The translations under genes and the position numbers were made by a program. The notes below the pieces were generated by a model. That model was not told where the DNA came from, did no database searches, and saw nothing but the letters and a program-made list of their open reading frames with translations. A DNA stretch of 64,000 nt from Gammaproteobacteria bacterium (lineage in GTDB: Bacteria; Pseudomonadota; Gammaproteobacteria; JABABF01), in the NCBI GenBank assembly GCA_965237805.1, contig OZ250153.1, positions 864,001-928,000 of the forward strand. The letters run 5' to 3'. Below are positions 1-9,091 of the stretch, one piece after another (position 1 is the first letter of the stretch; every line of letters begins with the position of its first letter).

Positions 1-272
1 CTCAGATCCTGAAAGACCAAGCCAATCCTGCGGCGGTGCGTTGGCAGCCATAGACCCGATGCCTGCCAACGCTCAGCGCCGAGCCGCACCTCGCTGGCAC
101 CACCGCGTCCGAGCAAGCCAGCAAGGCAATGCAGGGCAGTGGTTTTGCCCGCTCCAGAAGGGCCGAACAGCGCGCTGATGCCGGTGGGGGGACACTCGAA
201 GTCGGCGCGCAGGGCAAAGTCGCCAGCCGCCCCGCCAACACGACGCAAGCGCAAACTGGCGCTGAGGCTCAC
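1..272 (-). CDS. modC: Molybdate ABC transporter ATP-binding subunit (5' part; runs off the window)
   Basis: Manual translation from GTG 272: ...GISALFGPSGAGKTTALHCLAGL...LPTHRRRIGLVFQD (Walker A); lies directly after modB. Not in the ORF track. Confidence 0.85.
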   Translation of the reverse strand, partial: MSLSASLRLRRVGGAAGDFALRADFECPPTGISALFGPSGAGKTTALHCLAGLLGRGGASEVRLGAERWQASGLWLPTHRRRIGLVFQDL

Positions 273-309
273 GACTGGCGACCAGTAGCTCGCCCAAGCG
301 AGCGCCAGA

Positions 310-972
310 TCACCACAAGCGCAGGCGGCGGCGCTGCGAGTAAAGCGCCGTCAATAGCAATAGCGAGCACAGTAGCAGGCCGCCCGCAAGACGGTGGGCG
401 GCGGCGTAATCCAGTGTTTCGATGTGATCGAACAGTGCCATTGACAGCACCCGAGTCTCGCCCGGGATATTGCCGCCGACCAGCAACACCACGCCAAACT
501 CCCCCACCGTATGGGCAAAGCCCAGCGCAACGGCGATGAGCAGTGCCGGTGCCATCAACGGTAGCGTCACCGAGAGCAGCCGGTCGATGGGCGTGGCACC
601 AAGCGTGGCGGCAGCGGCGAGCAAACCATGCGGCAAGCGCTCAAAACCCTGTTGCAGGGGCTGTACCACAAAGGGCAGGGAATAGAGCACCGAGCCGATG
701 ACCAAGCCGGTGAAACTGAAGGCCAATCGCTGCCCGGTCAGCTGCTCCCACGGCCCGCCTAACCAACCGCCGGGTGCCAATGCCAACAGCAGATAGAAGC
801 CGATCACCGTCGGCGGCAAGACCAGCGGCATGGCCACCAGCGCCTCGACGATGCTACGTCCCGGCCAGCGGCTGGCCGCCAGCCACGCCGCCAGCGGCAG
901 ACCGACCAGCAACAGAATCAGTGTGCTGAACGCCGCCAGCTTCAGCGTCAGCCACAGGGCGAGCCAATCCAC
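310..972 (-). CDS. modB: Molybdate ABC transporter permease
   Basis: LWLTLKLA...PLVLPPTVIGFYLL...FAHTVGEFGVVLLVGGNIPGETRVLS; start trimmed to GTG 972, just after the modA stop. Confidence 0.93.
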   Translation of the reverse strand: MDWLALWLTLKLAAFSTLILLLVGLPLAAWLAASRWPGRSIVEALVAMPLVLPPTVIGFYLLLALAPGGWLGGPWEQLTGQRLAFSFTGLVIGSVLYSLPFVVQPLQQGFERLPHGLLAAAATLGATPIDRLLSVTLPLMAPALLIAVALGFAHTVGEFGVVLLVGGNIPGETRVLSMALFDHIETLDYAAAHRLAGGLLLCSLLLLTALYSQRRRLRLW

Positions 973-977
973 GCCGC

Positions 978-1790
978 TTAGTTCGCCACTGCTGGCGGCA
1001 ATTGATAGCCTGCCTGACGCAGGCGACGGCGGACTTCTGCGCCGCGCAGAAAGCGCCCCAAGTCGCGGGCACCGGCAGTGGCAGGTCGCAGCAACAGCGC
1101 CTGTTGCACCACGGGGCGATGCAAACGACTCGGCACAGGCCAATGCGCTGCATCCGGCACCAAGCGCGCCTGCGCCAGCGCAACAAAGCCTGCCTGCGCG
1201 GCACCGCTGTACACCAGATGTAGCACATGCGCCGCATTCGGGGCGCGTACCAATCCCGGTGCCAGCTGCCGCCACAGCCCCAGCTCCACAAGCACATCCT
1301 GCGCCGCTGCCCCGATCGGGGCCAGCGCCGGGTCGGGCAGGGCCAAGCTGCGCGGCGGCAGGGCCGCTAGGCGTGCGGCGACGGCCATCGTCTCGGTAGG
1401 CCACGGCGGCTCGGTGGCGGTGCCAAGCAGAGCGAGCCGCCCCAAGACATAGGTGAAACGCGAACCGGGCGCGGCATACCCCGCACGCTCCAATACCAGT
1501 GGGCGCGCCGTGTCAGCCGACAAAAAGACATCGAAAGGCGCACCGGAGAGGAGCTGGGCGGCCAACACTCCCGAAGAAGCGGCGCTCAGGCGCAAGCGAT
1601 GACCAGTCTGGGCATGGAAATCTAAGGCCAGCGCCGCCAAAGCCGGGCGGAAACTGCTGGCCACGGCCACCCGAACCAGCTCGGTGCGGGCGACGGGCGG
1701 CGTGAGCGCGGCCAGCGAAAACGCGAGCGCCGATGCCACCAACACCGGTCGGCACCGACGCCGCAACGGGCGGGTGTACAGCGGCACCAT
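978..1790 (-). CDS. modA: Molybdate ABC transporter periplasmic binding protein
   Basis: Signal peptide, then VAVASSF, ASSGVLAAQLLSGAPFDVFLSAD, PDPALAPIG; start uncertain. Confidence 0.9.
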   Translation of the reverse strand: MVPLYTRPLRRRCRPVLVASALAFSLAALTPPVARTELVRVAVASSFRPALAALALDFHAQTGHRLRLSAASSGVLAAQLLSGAPFDVFLSADTARPLVLERAGYAAPGSRFTYVLGRLALLGTATEPPWPTETMAVAARLAALPPRSLALPDPALAPIGAAAQDVLVELGLWRQLAPGLVRAPNAAHVLHLVYSGAAQAGFVALAQARLVPDAAHWPVPSRLHRPVVQQALLLRPATAGARDLGRFLRGAEVRRRLRQAGYQLPPAVAN

Positions 1791-1893
1791 GGAAAAGCGG
1801 AATACAGCTGCCATCGCGCCGCCATGATAACCGCCCAAGCACAAGTCCATCGACCCACCCATCGAAGCTGGAACCACACGCCGCCCGCCCACC

Positions 1894-2619
1894 TCAGGCG
1901 CGTGCCAAACACCACAGGTGCAGCTCCACGCCCGGCATCGCCCGTCGCCAAGCGCGCCCCAACTCCATCGCCGTGGCACCGGAAGTCAGCACATCGTCGA
2001 CCAGTGCCACCCGGCGGCAGCTCAGCGCACGCGGTGCCGGGCGCAGCGCAAAGGCCCCGCTCAGCGCACGCCGACGCTGGGGCACGCTACGCCCCACCTG
2101 TCGCCCGGTGTCCCGCCGCCGCCTGCAACTGCGCACATCTAGCGGCACGGCCAACTCGGTGCGCAACGTGCGGGCAATCTCCAAGGCCTGATTGAAGCCG
2201 CGCTGGCGCATCCTGCCAGTGTGCAACGGCACCGGCACCAGCAGCTCGGGCCACGCCTCGCCGCGATACTCGTAGCGCAACCGCTCGGCCAGCAGTAACG
2301 ACAGACTGCGCCCATCGGCCAATTCGGCGCGGTATTTGAAGCCCGCCACTAGGCGATCGACCGGCGGACGGTAGGCAAAGGGGGCGACACAGCGGGCGAA
2401 AGGCCAATCGCGGCCGAGGCAGAAACCGCAGTCGAGTGCTGGCGCGGCGATATCGGGACTACCGCAGCGCCGACACGCTGATGACAGGCGCGGCAAGGTG
2501 GCCTCGCAGCCACTGCAGAGATCGATGAGCCGATGAGTCGCCCGCCCGCACAGCGCACAACGCCCCGGAAACAAGCGGTGAATGAAGCGTCGCAAAGCGC
2601 CGCTGTCAACCCTGTCCAT
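1894..2619 (-). CDS. comF: ComF family protein (double zinc ribbon + phosphoribosyltransferase)
   Basis: CxxC pairs, [25 protein letters not shown]; divergent from bioB. Confidence 0.92.
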   Translation of the reverse strand: MDRVDSGALRRFIHRLFPGRCALCGRATHRLIDLCSGCEATLPRLSSACRRCGSPDIAAPALDCGFCLGRDWPFARCVAPFAYRPPVDRLVAGFKYRAELADGRSLSLLLAERLRYEYRGEAWPELLVPVPLHTGRMRQRGFNQALEIARTLRTELAVPLDVRSCRRRRDTGRQVGRSVPQRRRALSGAFALRPAPRALSCRRVALVDDVLTSGATAMELGRAWRRAMPGVELHLWCLARA

Positions 2620-2658
2620 CCCTGATCCAGTTGACAATGTCGATTCAGCGTCTACCAT
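2604..2658 (+). promoter_or_regulatory. Putative BirA operator overlapping the bioB sigma70 promoter
   Basis: Inverted repeat TGTCAAC-N19-GTTGACA (2604-2636) containing TTGACA (-35), with TACCAT (-10-like) at 2653-2658. Confidence 0.55.
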
Positions 2659-2674
2659 GACGCCACTATCCGCC

Positions 2675-3691
2675 ATGATAATCGGAAGACCCCACCCTGT
2701 GGAAGCCACCCCTGTTATTCGCCATGACTGGACCGCCGACGAAGTCGCCGAGCTGTTCGCCCTACCCTTCCCCGAATTGCTGTACCGTGCGCAGAGCATC
2801 CACCGCACCCACTGGAATCCTGACGAGGTGCAGGCCTGCACACTGTTATCGATAAAGACTGGTGCCTGCCCAGAGGACTGCGCCTACTGCCCGCAAAGCG
2901 TGCACCACCACACTGAGCTGAAGCCCGAGCCGCTGATGGATGCCGAACGCGTTTTGGAAGAGGCGCGGGCGGCGCAAGCAGCCGGTGCCAGCCGCTTCTG
3001 CATGGGGGCGGCGTGGCGCTCGCCCAAACCCAGCCACATGAGCGCCTTGGTGCGCATGGTGCGCGGCGTCAAGGAACTCGGCATGGAGAGCTGCATGACT
3101 CTGGGCATGCTGAGCGACGCGCAGGCGCGGCAGCTGGCAGCCGCCGGTCTCGACTACTACAACCATAATCTCGACAGCTCGCCTGAGTTCTATCGCAAGA
3201 TCATCACCACGCGCCGTTATGAGGAGCGCTTGGAGACATTGGGGCATGTGCGCGCAGCTGGCATCAATGTCTGCTGTGGCGGCATTATCGGCATGGGTGA
3301 ATCCGAGCACGAGCGCATCGGACTGCTATTGCAGCTGGCCAATCTGCCCCAACACCCACAGAGCGTGCCGATCAACCTCTTGGTCAAGGTCCCCGGTACG
3401 CCGCTGGAAGATGTGGCACCGTTACACCCACTGGACTTCGTGCGCTGCGTGGCGGCGGCGCGTATTCTGATGCCAGTCTCCTATGTGCGCCTATCCGCCG
3501 GACGCGAGGACATGTCGGACGAGTGCCAGACGCTGGCCTTTATGGCCGGAGCCAACTCCATTTTCTACGGCGAGCACCTGCTGACCACCGACAATCCCGA
3601 CACCAACGCGGACGACGACTTGTTGGCGCGGCTCGGCATGCGCTTCGCTCCACCCCAGCTACCGGGCGCAGCTACCGCCCAGTGCGGCTGA
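2675..3691 (+). CDS. bioB: Biotin synthase (radical SAM)
   Basis: [34 protein letters not shown]; start could be ATG 2675 or GTG 2699. Confidence 0.97.
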   Translation: MIIGRPHPVEATPVIRHDWTADEVAELFALPFPELLYRAQSIHRTHWNPDEVQACTLLSIKTGACPEDCAYCPQSVHHHTELKPEPLMDAERVLEEARAAQAAGASRFCMGAAWRSPKPSHMSALVRMVRGVKELGMESCMTLGMLSDAQARQLAAAGLDYYNHNLDSSPEFYRKIITTRRYEERLETLGHVRAAGINVCCGGIIGMGESEHERIGLLLQLANLPQHPQSVPINLLVKVPGTPLEDVAPLHPLDFVRCVAAARILMPVSYVRLSAGREDMSDECQTLAFMAGANSIFYGEHLLTTDNPDTNADDDLLARLGMRFAPPQLPGAATAQCG

Positions 3692-3732
3692 GCAAAGCGC
3701 AGCGCACGGCCACACCACGGCAGCAGCCGCTG

Positions 3733-4902
3733 ATGCGCACGGCGCTGGAGGCGGAACGCTCGCGCCGCAGCGCCGCTGGCGGCGAGCGGCGGCGGCGGCG
3801 TCTCGACAGCCCCCAAGGCGTGGAGCTGGTACTAGAAGGGCGGCGCTGCCTGAACTTCTGTAGCAATGACTACCTCGGCTTGGCGGCGCATCCAGCGCTG
3901 GTCGAGACACTGGGCGCAGCGGCACGCCAGCACGGCGTCGGCAGCGGCGCATCGCACTTGGTCTGCGGCCACAGCGCCCCGCACGAGGCACTGGAAAGGG
4001 CACTGGCCGCCTTTACCGCACGCCCCGCCAGTCTCGTCTTCGCCGCCGGCTACATGTGCAACCTCGGCACGATCACGGCGCTGGCGCAACGCGGCGACGC
4101 GATATTCCTCGACCGCCTGTGTCACGCCTCACTGGTCGATGCCGCACGGCTGTCCGGTGCCGCGCTACACCGCTTCCGCCACAACGACAGCGCCGATCTG
4201 AGCCGCCGACTCGACGCTGGCAACTGGCGGCGGCGACTGATCGTCGTCGACGGTGTCTACAGCATGGACGGTGACTTGGCACCACTGCCGGAGCTGTCCG
4301 CAGTGGCGACGCAGCACGAGGCCTGGCTAGTGGTCGATGACGCCCACGGCATCGGCGTGCTGGGTGAACGCGGCGGCGGCAGCGTCGAGCACTTCGGTCT
4401 GGGGATGGCACAGGTGCCAGTGCTGATCGGCACCTTGGGCAAGGCGCTGGGCACGGCCGGAGGCTTCGTTGCGGGCGAGCAGGCGCTGATCGATCACTTG
4501 CTGCAGACCGCCCGCCCCTACATCTATACCACTGCCCCGCCGCCAGCATTGGCAGCGGCGGGGCAAAGCGCGTTGACAATCGTGCGCGAGGAGCCCCAGC
4601 GCCGACGACAAGTGCTCGCACTGGTGCGTCACTTCCGCGCCGGAGCGAGCGCGCTGGGGCTGCCGCTGGGGGAATCGCAGACCCCGATACAGCCATTGGT
4701 GGTGGGCGATTCAGAGCGTGCCGTCGCGCTATCGGAACAGCTGTTGGAGGCGGGCTATTGGGTGGCCGCAATCCGCCCGCCCACCGTGCCTCAGGGATCG
4801 GCAAGGCTGCGCGTTGCGCTCAGTGCCGCACACAGCGAGCAGCAGGTGGATGGTTTACTGGAGGCTTTGGGGCGGCTGTGGGAGGCGGGCGAGGATGGAT
4901 AA
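3733..4902 (+). CDS. bioF: 8-amino-7-oxononanoate synthase
   Basis: NFCSNDYLGLA, DGVYSMDGD, DDAHG, GTLGKALG, AIRPPTVP. Confidence 0.96.
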   Translation: MRTALEAERSRRSAAGGERRRRRLDSPQGVELVLEGRRCLNFCSNDYLGLAAHPALVETLGAAARQHGVGSGASHLVCGHSAPHEALERALAAFTARPASLVFAAGYMCNLGTITALAQRGDAIFLDRLCHASLVDAARLSGAALHRFRHNDSADLSRRLDAGNWRRRLIVVDGVYSMDGDLAPLPELSAVATQHEAWLVVDDAHGIGVLGERGGGSVEHFGLGMAQVPVLIGTLGKALGTAGGFVAGEQALIDHLLQTARPYIYTTAPPPALAAAGQSALTIVREEPQRRRQVLALVRHFRAGASALGLPLGESQTPIQPLVVGDSERAVALSEQLLEAGYWVAAIRPPTVPQGSARLRVALSAAHSEQQVDGLLEALGRLWEAGEDG

Positions 4903-6529
4903 CGCGCTGTCGCGGGCACAGCCTGTGGTCACCAAGGCGCACACGGCATCGGCAGCTGACCTCCCATCCACACCCCCACCCCTCGTCCTCCTCCCCGGTC
5001 TGGGCTTTGCCCCCAGCGTCTGGGATGGACTGCGTCGAGGATTGGCGCGGCACTTCACCCCGTCGGATATGCCGCTGCCGGGCTTCGACGGTGGCAGGGC
5101 GATGCCACCCGATGCCAATATCGAACAGTGGCTGGATGCCCTGTTGCCGCGACTGCCGAGGGGCAAGGCCTGCTATCTGGGCTGGTCACTGGGCGGCCTG
5201 TTGGCGCTGGCGCTGGCGGCGCGATACCCAGAGCGGGTGATGGCGCTGGTCACCATCGGCAGCAATCCACGCTTCTGCCGCGACCGGGACTGGCGCTCCG
5301 GGCTACCCAAACGCTGGTTTGACGACTTCCAAGCCCGCGCCGAGGACAATCCCGCCGCCGCGCTGCGACGGCTGCTGTTGCTGACCGCGCACGGTGAAGC
5401 GGCACCACGAGCGCTGGCCGCTCAGCTGCGCCCCCATGCCCTGCCCGGCGCGCCCGGCGCATTCGCCAGCGGCCTCAGCCTGCTGCGGCGCGCCGAGCTG
5501 CGCGCGACACTGGGCACCCTGCGCGTCCCAGTACTACAGCTGCTAGGCGGGTGCGACGCGTTGGTGCCAGCGGCGCTGGCCACGCCACTGCGCCGCCTCA
5601 GCGGCGACGGACAACGCATCGCCGTACTGCCGCACGCTGGCCATGCCGCCTTCCTCTCGCAGCCAGTGCCCGTGCTGGGTGCCGTGCGCGCCTTCGCCAG
5701 CGACTACGGCATCCTGCCAACACCACGGCAGCGGCCAGCACCCAAGCGCATCGCTCAGCGCTTCGGTGCGGCCAGCGCCAGCTACGACAGTGCGGCATGG
5801 CTCCAACGCGAAGCCGGGCACTGGTTGCTCGAGGCACTACCTACCTCGCACCGCGCCGCACACAGCCCCGAATGCATCCTCGATCTGGGCTGCGGCACCG
5901 GGCGCTGCCTCGCGCCGCTGGCGAGGCAGCGCCCGGGGGCACAACTGCTGGCGATGGACATCTCCTTCGCCATGACCCAGCGCGCAGCCGCACGACGTGC
6001 CGACAAGGCGACGGCCACCATGGCGCTGTGCGCGGAGGCGAAGCAACTACCACTGGCCGACGACAGCGTGGACTTAGTGTTCTGCAATCTGATGCTGCAG
6101 TGGTGCCAGCACCCACAACAGGCTTTGACCGCTATATGCCGTGCGTTGCGACCCGGCGGCTGGCTGCTGTTCACCACTTTCGGCCCCGATAGCCTGTGGC
6201 AATTGCGCGCCGCCTTCGCGGCCACCGGCCCGCGGCAACCCGTGCTGGCTTTCCAATCCGCAGCCGACTGGCAGGCGGCGAGCCGGGCCAGCGGGCTGCA
6301 GTTGCAGGACTGGGCCGAGCGTCGCCGCGAGCGCCGCTGCGCCGATGGCTATGAGATGCTGCGCGAACTGCATGCACTCGGTGCCACAGCCAGCACCGAA
6401 GCGCCACCCCCCGGCCTGGCTGGCCGCACCGCGCTGCGCCGCGTCAGCGAAGTGGCCGCAGCCTTTGGCGATGCGCGCGGCCCATCGTTCAGCTTCCAGC
6501 TATTCCGCGGAGCCTTGCAAAAACCGTGA
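4895..6529 (+). CDS. bioH/bioC: Fused pimeloyl-ACP methyl ester esterase (BioH) / malonyl-ACP O-methyltransferase (BioC)
   Basis: N-half alpha/beta hydrolase (GWSLGG, GHAAFLSQP); C-half FGAASASYD..AWLQRE, ILDLGCGTG; lies between bioF and bioD. Confidence 0.9.
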   Translation: MDNALSRAQPVVTKAHTASAADLPSTPPPLVLLPGLGFAPSVWDGLRRGLARHFTPSDMPLPGFDGGRAMPPDANIEQWLDALLPRLPRGKACYLGWSLGGLLALALAARYPERVMALVTIGSNPRFCRDRDWRSGLPKRWFDDFQARAEDNPAAALRRLLLLTAHGEAAPRALAAQLRPHALPGAPGAFASGLSLLRRAELRATLGTLRVPVLQLLGGCDALVPAALATPLRRLSGDGQRIAVLPHAGHAAFLSQPVPVLGAVRAFASDYGILPTPRQRPAPKRIAQRFGAASASYDSAAWLQREAGHWLLEALPTSHRAAHSPECILDLGCGTGRCLAPLARQRPGAQLLAMDISFAMTQRAAARRADKATATMALCAEAKQLPLADDSVDLVFCNLMLQWCQHPQQALTAICRALRPGGWLLFTTFGPDSLWQLRAAFAATGPRQPVLAFQSAADWQAASRASGLQLQDWAERRRERRCADGYEMLRELHALGATASTEAPPPGLAGRTALRRVSEVAAAFGDARGPSFSFQLFRGALQKP

Positions 6530-7257
6530 ACGCAGTGTGCTTCTTCGTCACCGGTAGCGACACCGGTGTCGGCAAAACCCTCGCCTGCTGCGCCCTGCTC
6601 CACGCCGCTCGGCGGGATGGCCTGAGCACGCTGGGCCTCAAACCGCTGGCCGCGGGTGGCGAGCGGGTCGGCGGCCAGCTGCGCAACGGCGACGCACTGT
6701 TATTGCAACGGCACAGCAGTCGGCAACTGGACTACGACGCCATCAACCCGGTGGCGCTGGCGGCACCGATCGCCCCGCATCTGGCAGCCACCGATGCCGG
6801 CTTGCAGTTGGATGCTGGCACGCTGGCCACGCACTGCCAGCGCACGTTGGATGCCGAGCGAGTCGAGCTGGCGCTGATTGAGGGGGCTGGCGGCTGGCGG
6901 GTGCCACTTAGCGATGACGAGACGATGGCCGAGCTGGCGCAGGCGCTGGGCTACCCGGTGATCCTCGTGGTCGCCATGCGCTTGGGCTGCCTGAACCACG
7001 CCCTGCTCACCGCCGAGGCCATCGCGGGAGACGGACTGCGGCTGGCCGGATGGATCGCCAACAGCCCCGGAGGCGAGCCAATGCCACGCTTGGCCGACAA
7101 TGTCGAAACGTTGCGGCAGCGGCTGCCCGCCCCCTGCTTGGGTGTGATCCCACCACTGTCTTCGCCCGCGCCCGAGGCCGCTGCCGCGCAGCTGTCACTG
7201 ACGGCACTGCTGGGGGCGACCACAGCTGCTCGGCCACCCGCGCATGGTGGACAATAA
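6526..7257 (+). CDS. bioD: Dethiobiotin synthetase
   Basis: FVTGSDTGVGKT, IEGAGGWRVP, LGCLNHALLT. Confidence 0.97.
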   Translation: MNAVCFFVTGSDTGVGKTLACCALLHAARRDGLSTLGLKPLAAGGERVGGQLRNGDALLLQRHSSRQLDYDAINPVALAAPIAPHLAATDAGLQLDAGTLATHCQRTLDAERVELALIEGAGGWRVPLSDDETMAELAQALGYPVILVVAMRLGCLNHALLTAEAIAGDGLRLAGWIANSPGGEPMPRLADNVETLRQRLPAPCLGVIPPLSSPAPEAAAAQLSLTALLGATTAARPPAHGGQ

Positions 7258-7313
7258 AGAGCGGCGGCGGGGCCTGGGGCTGCATCCACATCAATCATCT
7301 AGAGCGCTAGACC

Positions 7314-9062
7314 ATGACCATCCAGACAGCAGATTTTGATGCCATCGCACGGGACATGCACTTCATCATCAGCGAGGTGTTCCCCGAGCCGACAGCACAG
7401 CTGTCGGCGGCGGAGTTGCGCCCGCTGATCGAGCAGATCGCGCGACTCGCCGCCGAACAGATGGCCCCGCTGAACCAGTGCGGCGATGAGGTGGGTCTGC
7501 GGCTGGAGGATGGCGAGGTGTTCATGCCACCCGGCTTTGCCGAGGCTTGGCGACAGATCGCCGAGGGCGGCTGGCTCGCCATCGGTGGCGCAGAGGAATT
7601 CGGCGGCGTCCCGGCACCGCATGTGTTGCGCATGTGTGCGGACGAGCTGAGCAGCGCCGCCAACCTATCGCTGGGGCTGTTCGGCGGGCTGACGACAGCG
7701 GCCGCTCTGACCATCCGGCTACACGCTACAGACGAGCTGCGCCAACGCTGCCTGCCACAGCTGTACCGCGGCCAGTGGAGCGGCGCGATGTGCCTAACCG
7801 AAGCGCAGGCGGGTAGCGACTTGGGGCTGATCCGCAGCCGCGCCGAAGCAGATGGCGACGGCAGCTACCGCCTCAGCGGCAGCAAGATCTTCATCAGCGC
7901 TGGCCGCCATGACATGGTCGAGAACATCATCTACCTCGTGCTGGCGCGGCTGCCCGATGCACCACCCGGCCCGCGCGGGCTGTCGCTGTTCCTCGTCTCC
8001 TCACATCAGCTCGAGGCGGATGGCTCGCTGGGTGCCGCCAACACCGTGCGCTGCGAGCGTCTGGAGCGCAAGATGGGCATGCACGCATCGCCGACCTGTG
8101 TACTGGAATTCCGGGACGCGCAGGCCTTCCTCATCGGCTCACCCCACGCTGGCCTGCCCTGCATGTTCACGATGATGAACGATTCCAGACTGTCGGTCGG
8201 CACCCAAGGCTTAGGCTGCGCTGCCGCCGCCTACGCCCACGCCAGCCGCTACGCTGCCGAGCGCCTGCAAGGCAACGCCCCCGGCGCGGTGGACGCCAGC
8301 GGGCCTCAGCCCATCGTGGGCCACGCCGATGTGCGCCGTATGCTGCTCAGCCAGCGCGCACTGGTGGAAGGGGCGCGCGCCTTGGCGCTGCACGCCGCCC
8401 GCGTGCGCGACCGCGCCGAGACCGGAGATGCCGACAATACGGCGCAGCTGCAGCTGCTGATCCCAGTGGTCAAATCCATGCTCACCGACATCGGTATCGA
8501 AAGTTGCCTGCTCGCCCAGCAGATCTACGGCGGCCACGGCTACATCCGCGACCACGGCGTCGAGCAATTGCTGCGCGATGTGCGCGTCACCGCACTCTAC
8601 GAAGGCACCAACGGCATCCAAGCACGCGATCTGCTGGAGCGCAAGCTGCTGCGCGACGGCGGCGCGGCGGTCGAGCGCCTGTGCCAACAGATGGAGCGCA
8701 GTGCGCTGGCGGCGGGTGAGGATGCCGCCAGCCACTTCTGCGCCGGGCCACTGGCTGGGGCGGTCGGCCGCCTGCGACAGCTGAGCGGCGAGTTGCTACA
8801 GCGCTGCGGCGAGGAGCCCGCACTGGCTGGCTCGGCCGCCGTCGAATACCTGCAGCTCTTCGGCTACACCGCGCTGGCGTGGACTTGGACCGAGATGGTC
8901 ACCGCAGCGTTGCGGCGAACGCCGGGCGACCCACTGCGCGAGGCCAAGCTGGGGGTGGCGCGCTTCTATATGGCGCGAATACTGCCGCGCATCCGCGGCT
9001 TGGGCGAATCTGCACTGGCTGACAGCGATACCGTCATGGGGCTGGATGCCGAATTGTTCTGA
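7314..9062 (+). CDS. Acyl-CoA dehydrogenase (long DmdC/FadE5-like type)
   Basis: MCLTEAQAGSDLG, GSKIFISAG, QIYGGHGYI, LYEGTNGIQA. Confidence 0.93.
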   Translation: MTIQTADFDAIARDMHFIISEVFPEPTAQLSAAELRPLIEQIARLAAEQMAPLNQCGDEVGLRLEDGEVFMPPGFAEAWRQIAEGGWLAIGGAEEFGGVPAPHVLRMCADELSSAANLSLGLFGGLTTAAALTIRLHATDELRQRCLPQLYRGQWSGAMCLTEAQAGSDLGLIRSRAEADGDGSYRLSGSKIFISAGRHDMVENIIYLVLARLPDAPPGPRGLSLFLVSSHQLEADGSLGAANTVRCERLERKMGMHASPTCVLEFRDAQAFLIGSPHAGLPCMFTMMNDSRLSVGTQGLGCAAAAYAHASRYAAERLQGNAPGAVDASGPQPIVGHADVRRMLLSQRALVEGARALALHAARVRDRAETGDADNTAQLQLLIPVVKSMLTDIGIESCLLAQQIYGGHGYIRDHGVEQLLRDVRVTALYEGTNGIQARDLLERKLLRDGGAAVERLCQQMERSALAAGEDAASHFCAGPLAGAVGRLRQLSGELLQRCGEEPALAGSAAVEYLQLFGYTALAWTWTEMVTAALRRTPGDPLREAKLGVARFYMARILPRIRGLGESALADSDTVMGLDAELF

Positions 9063-9091
9063 GGGCGGGGGCCCCACCCTCATCGCCAAAG

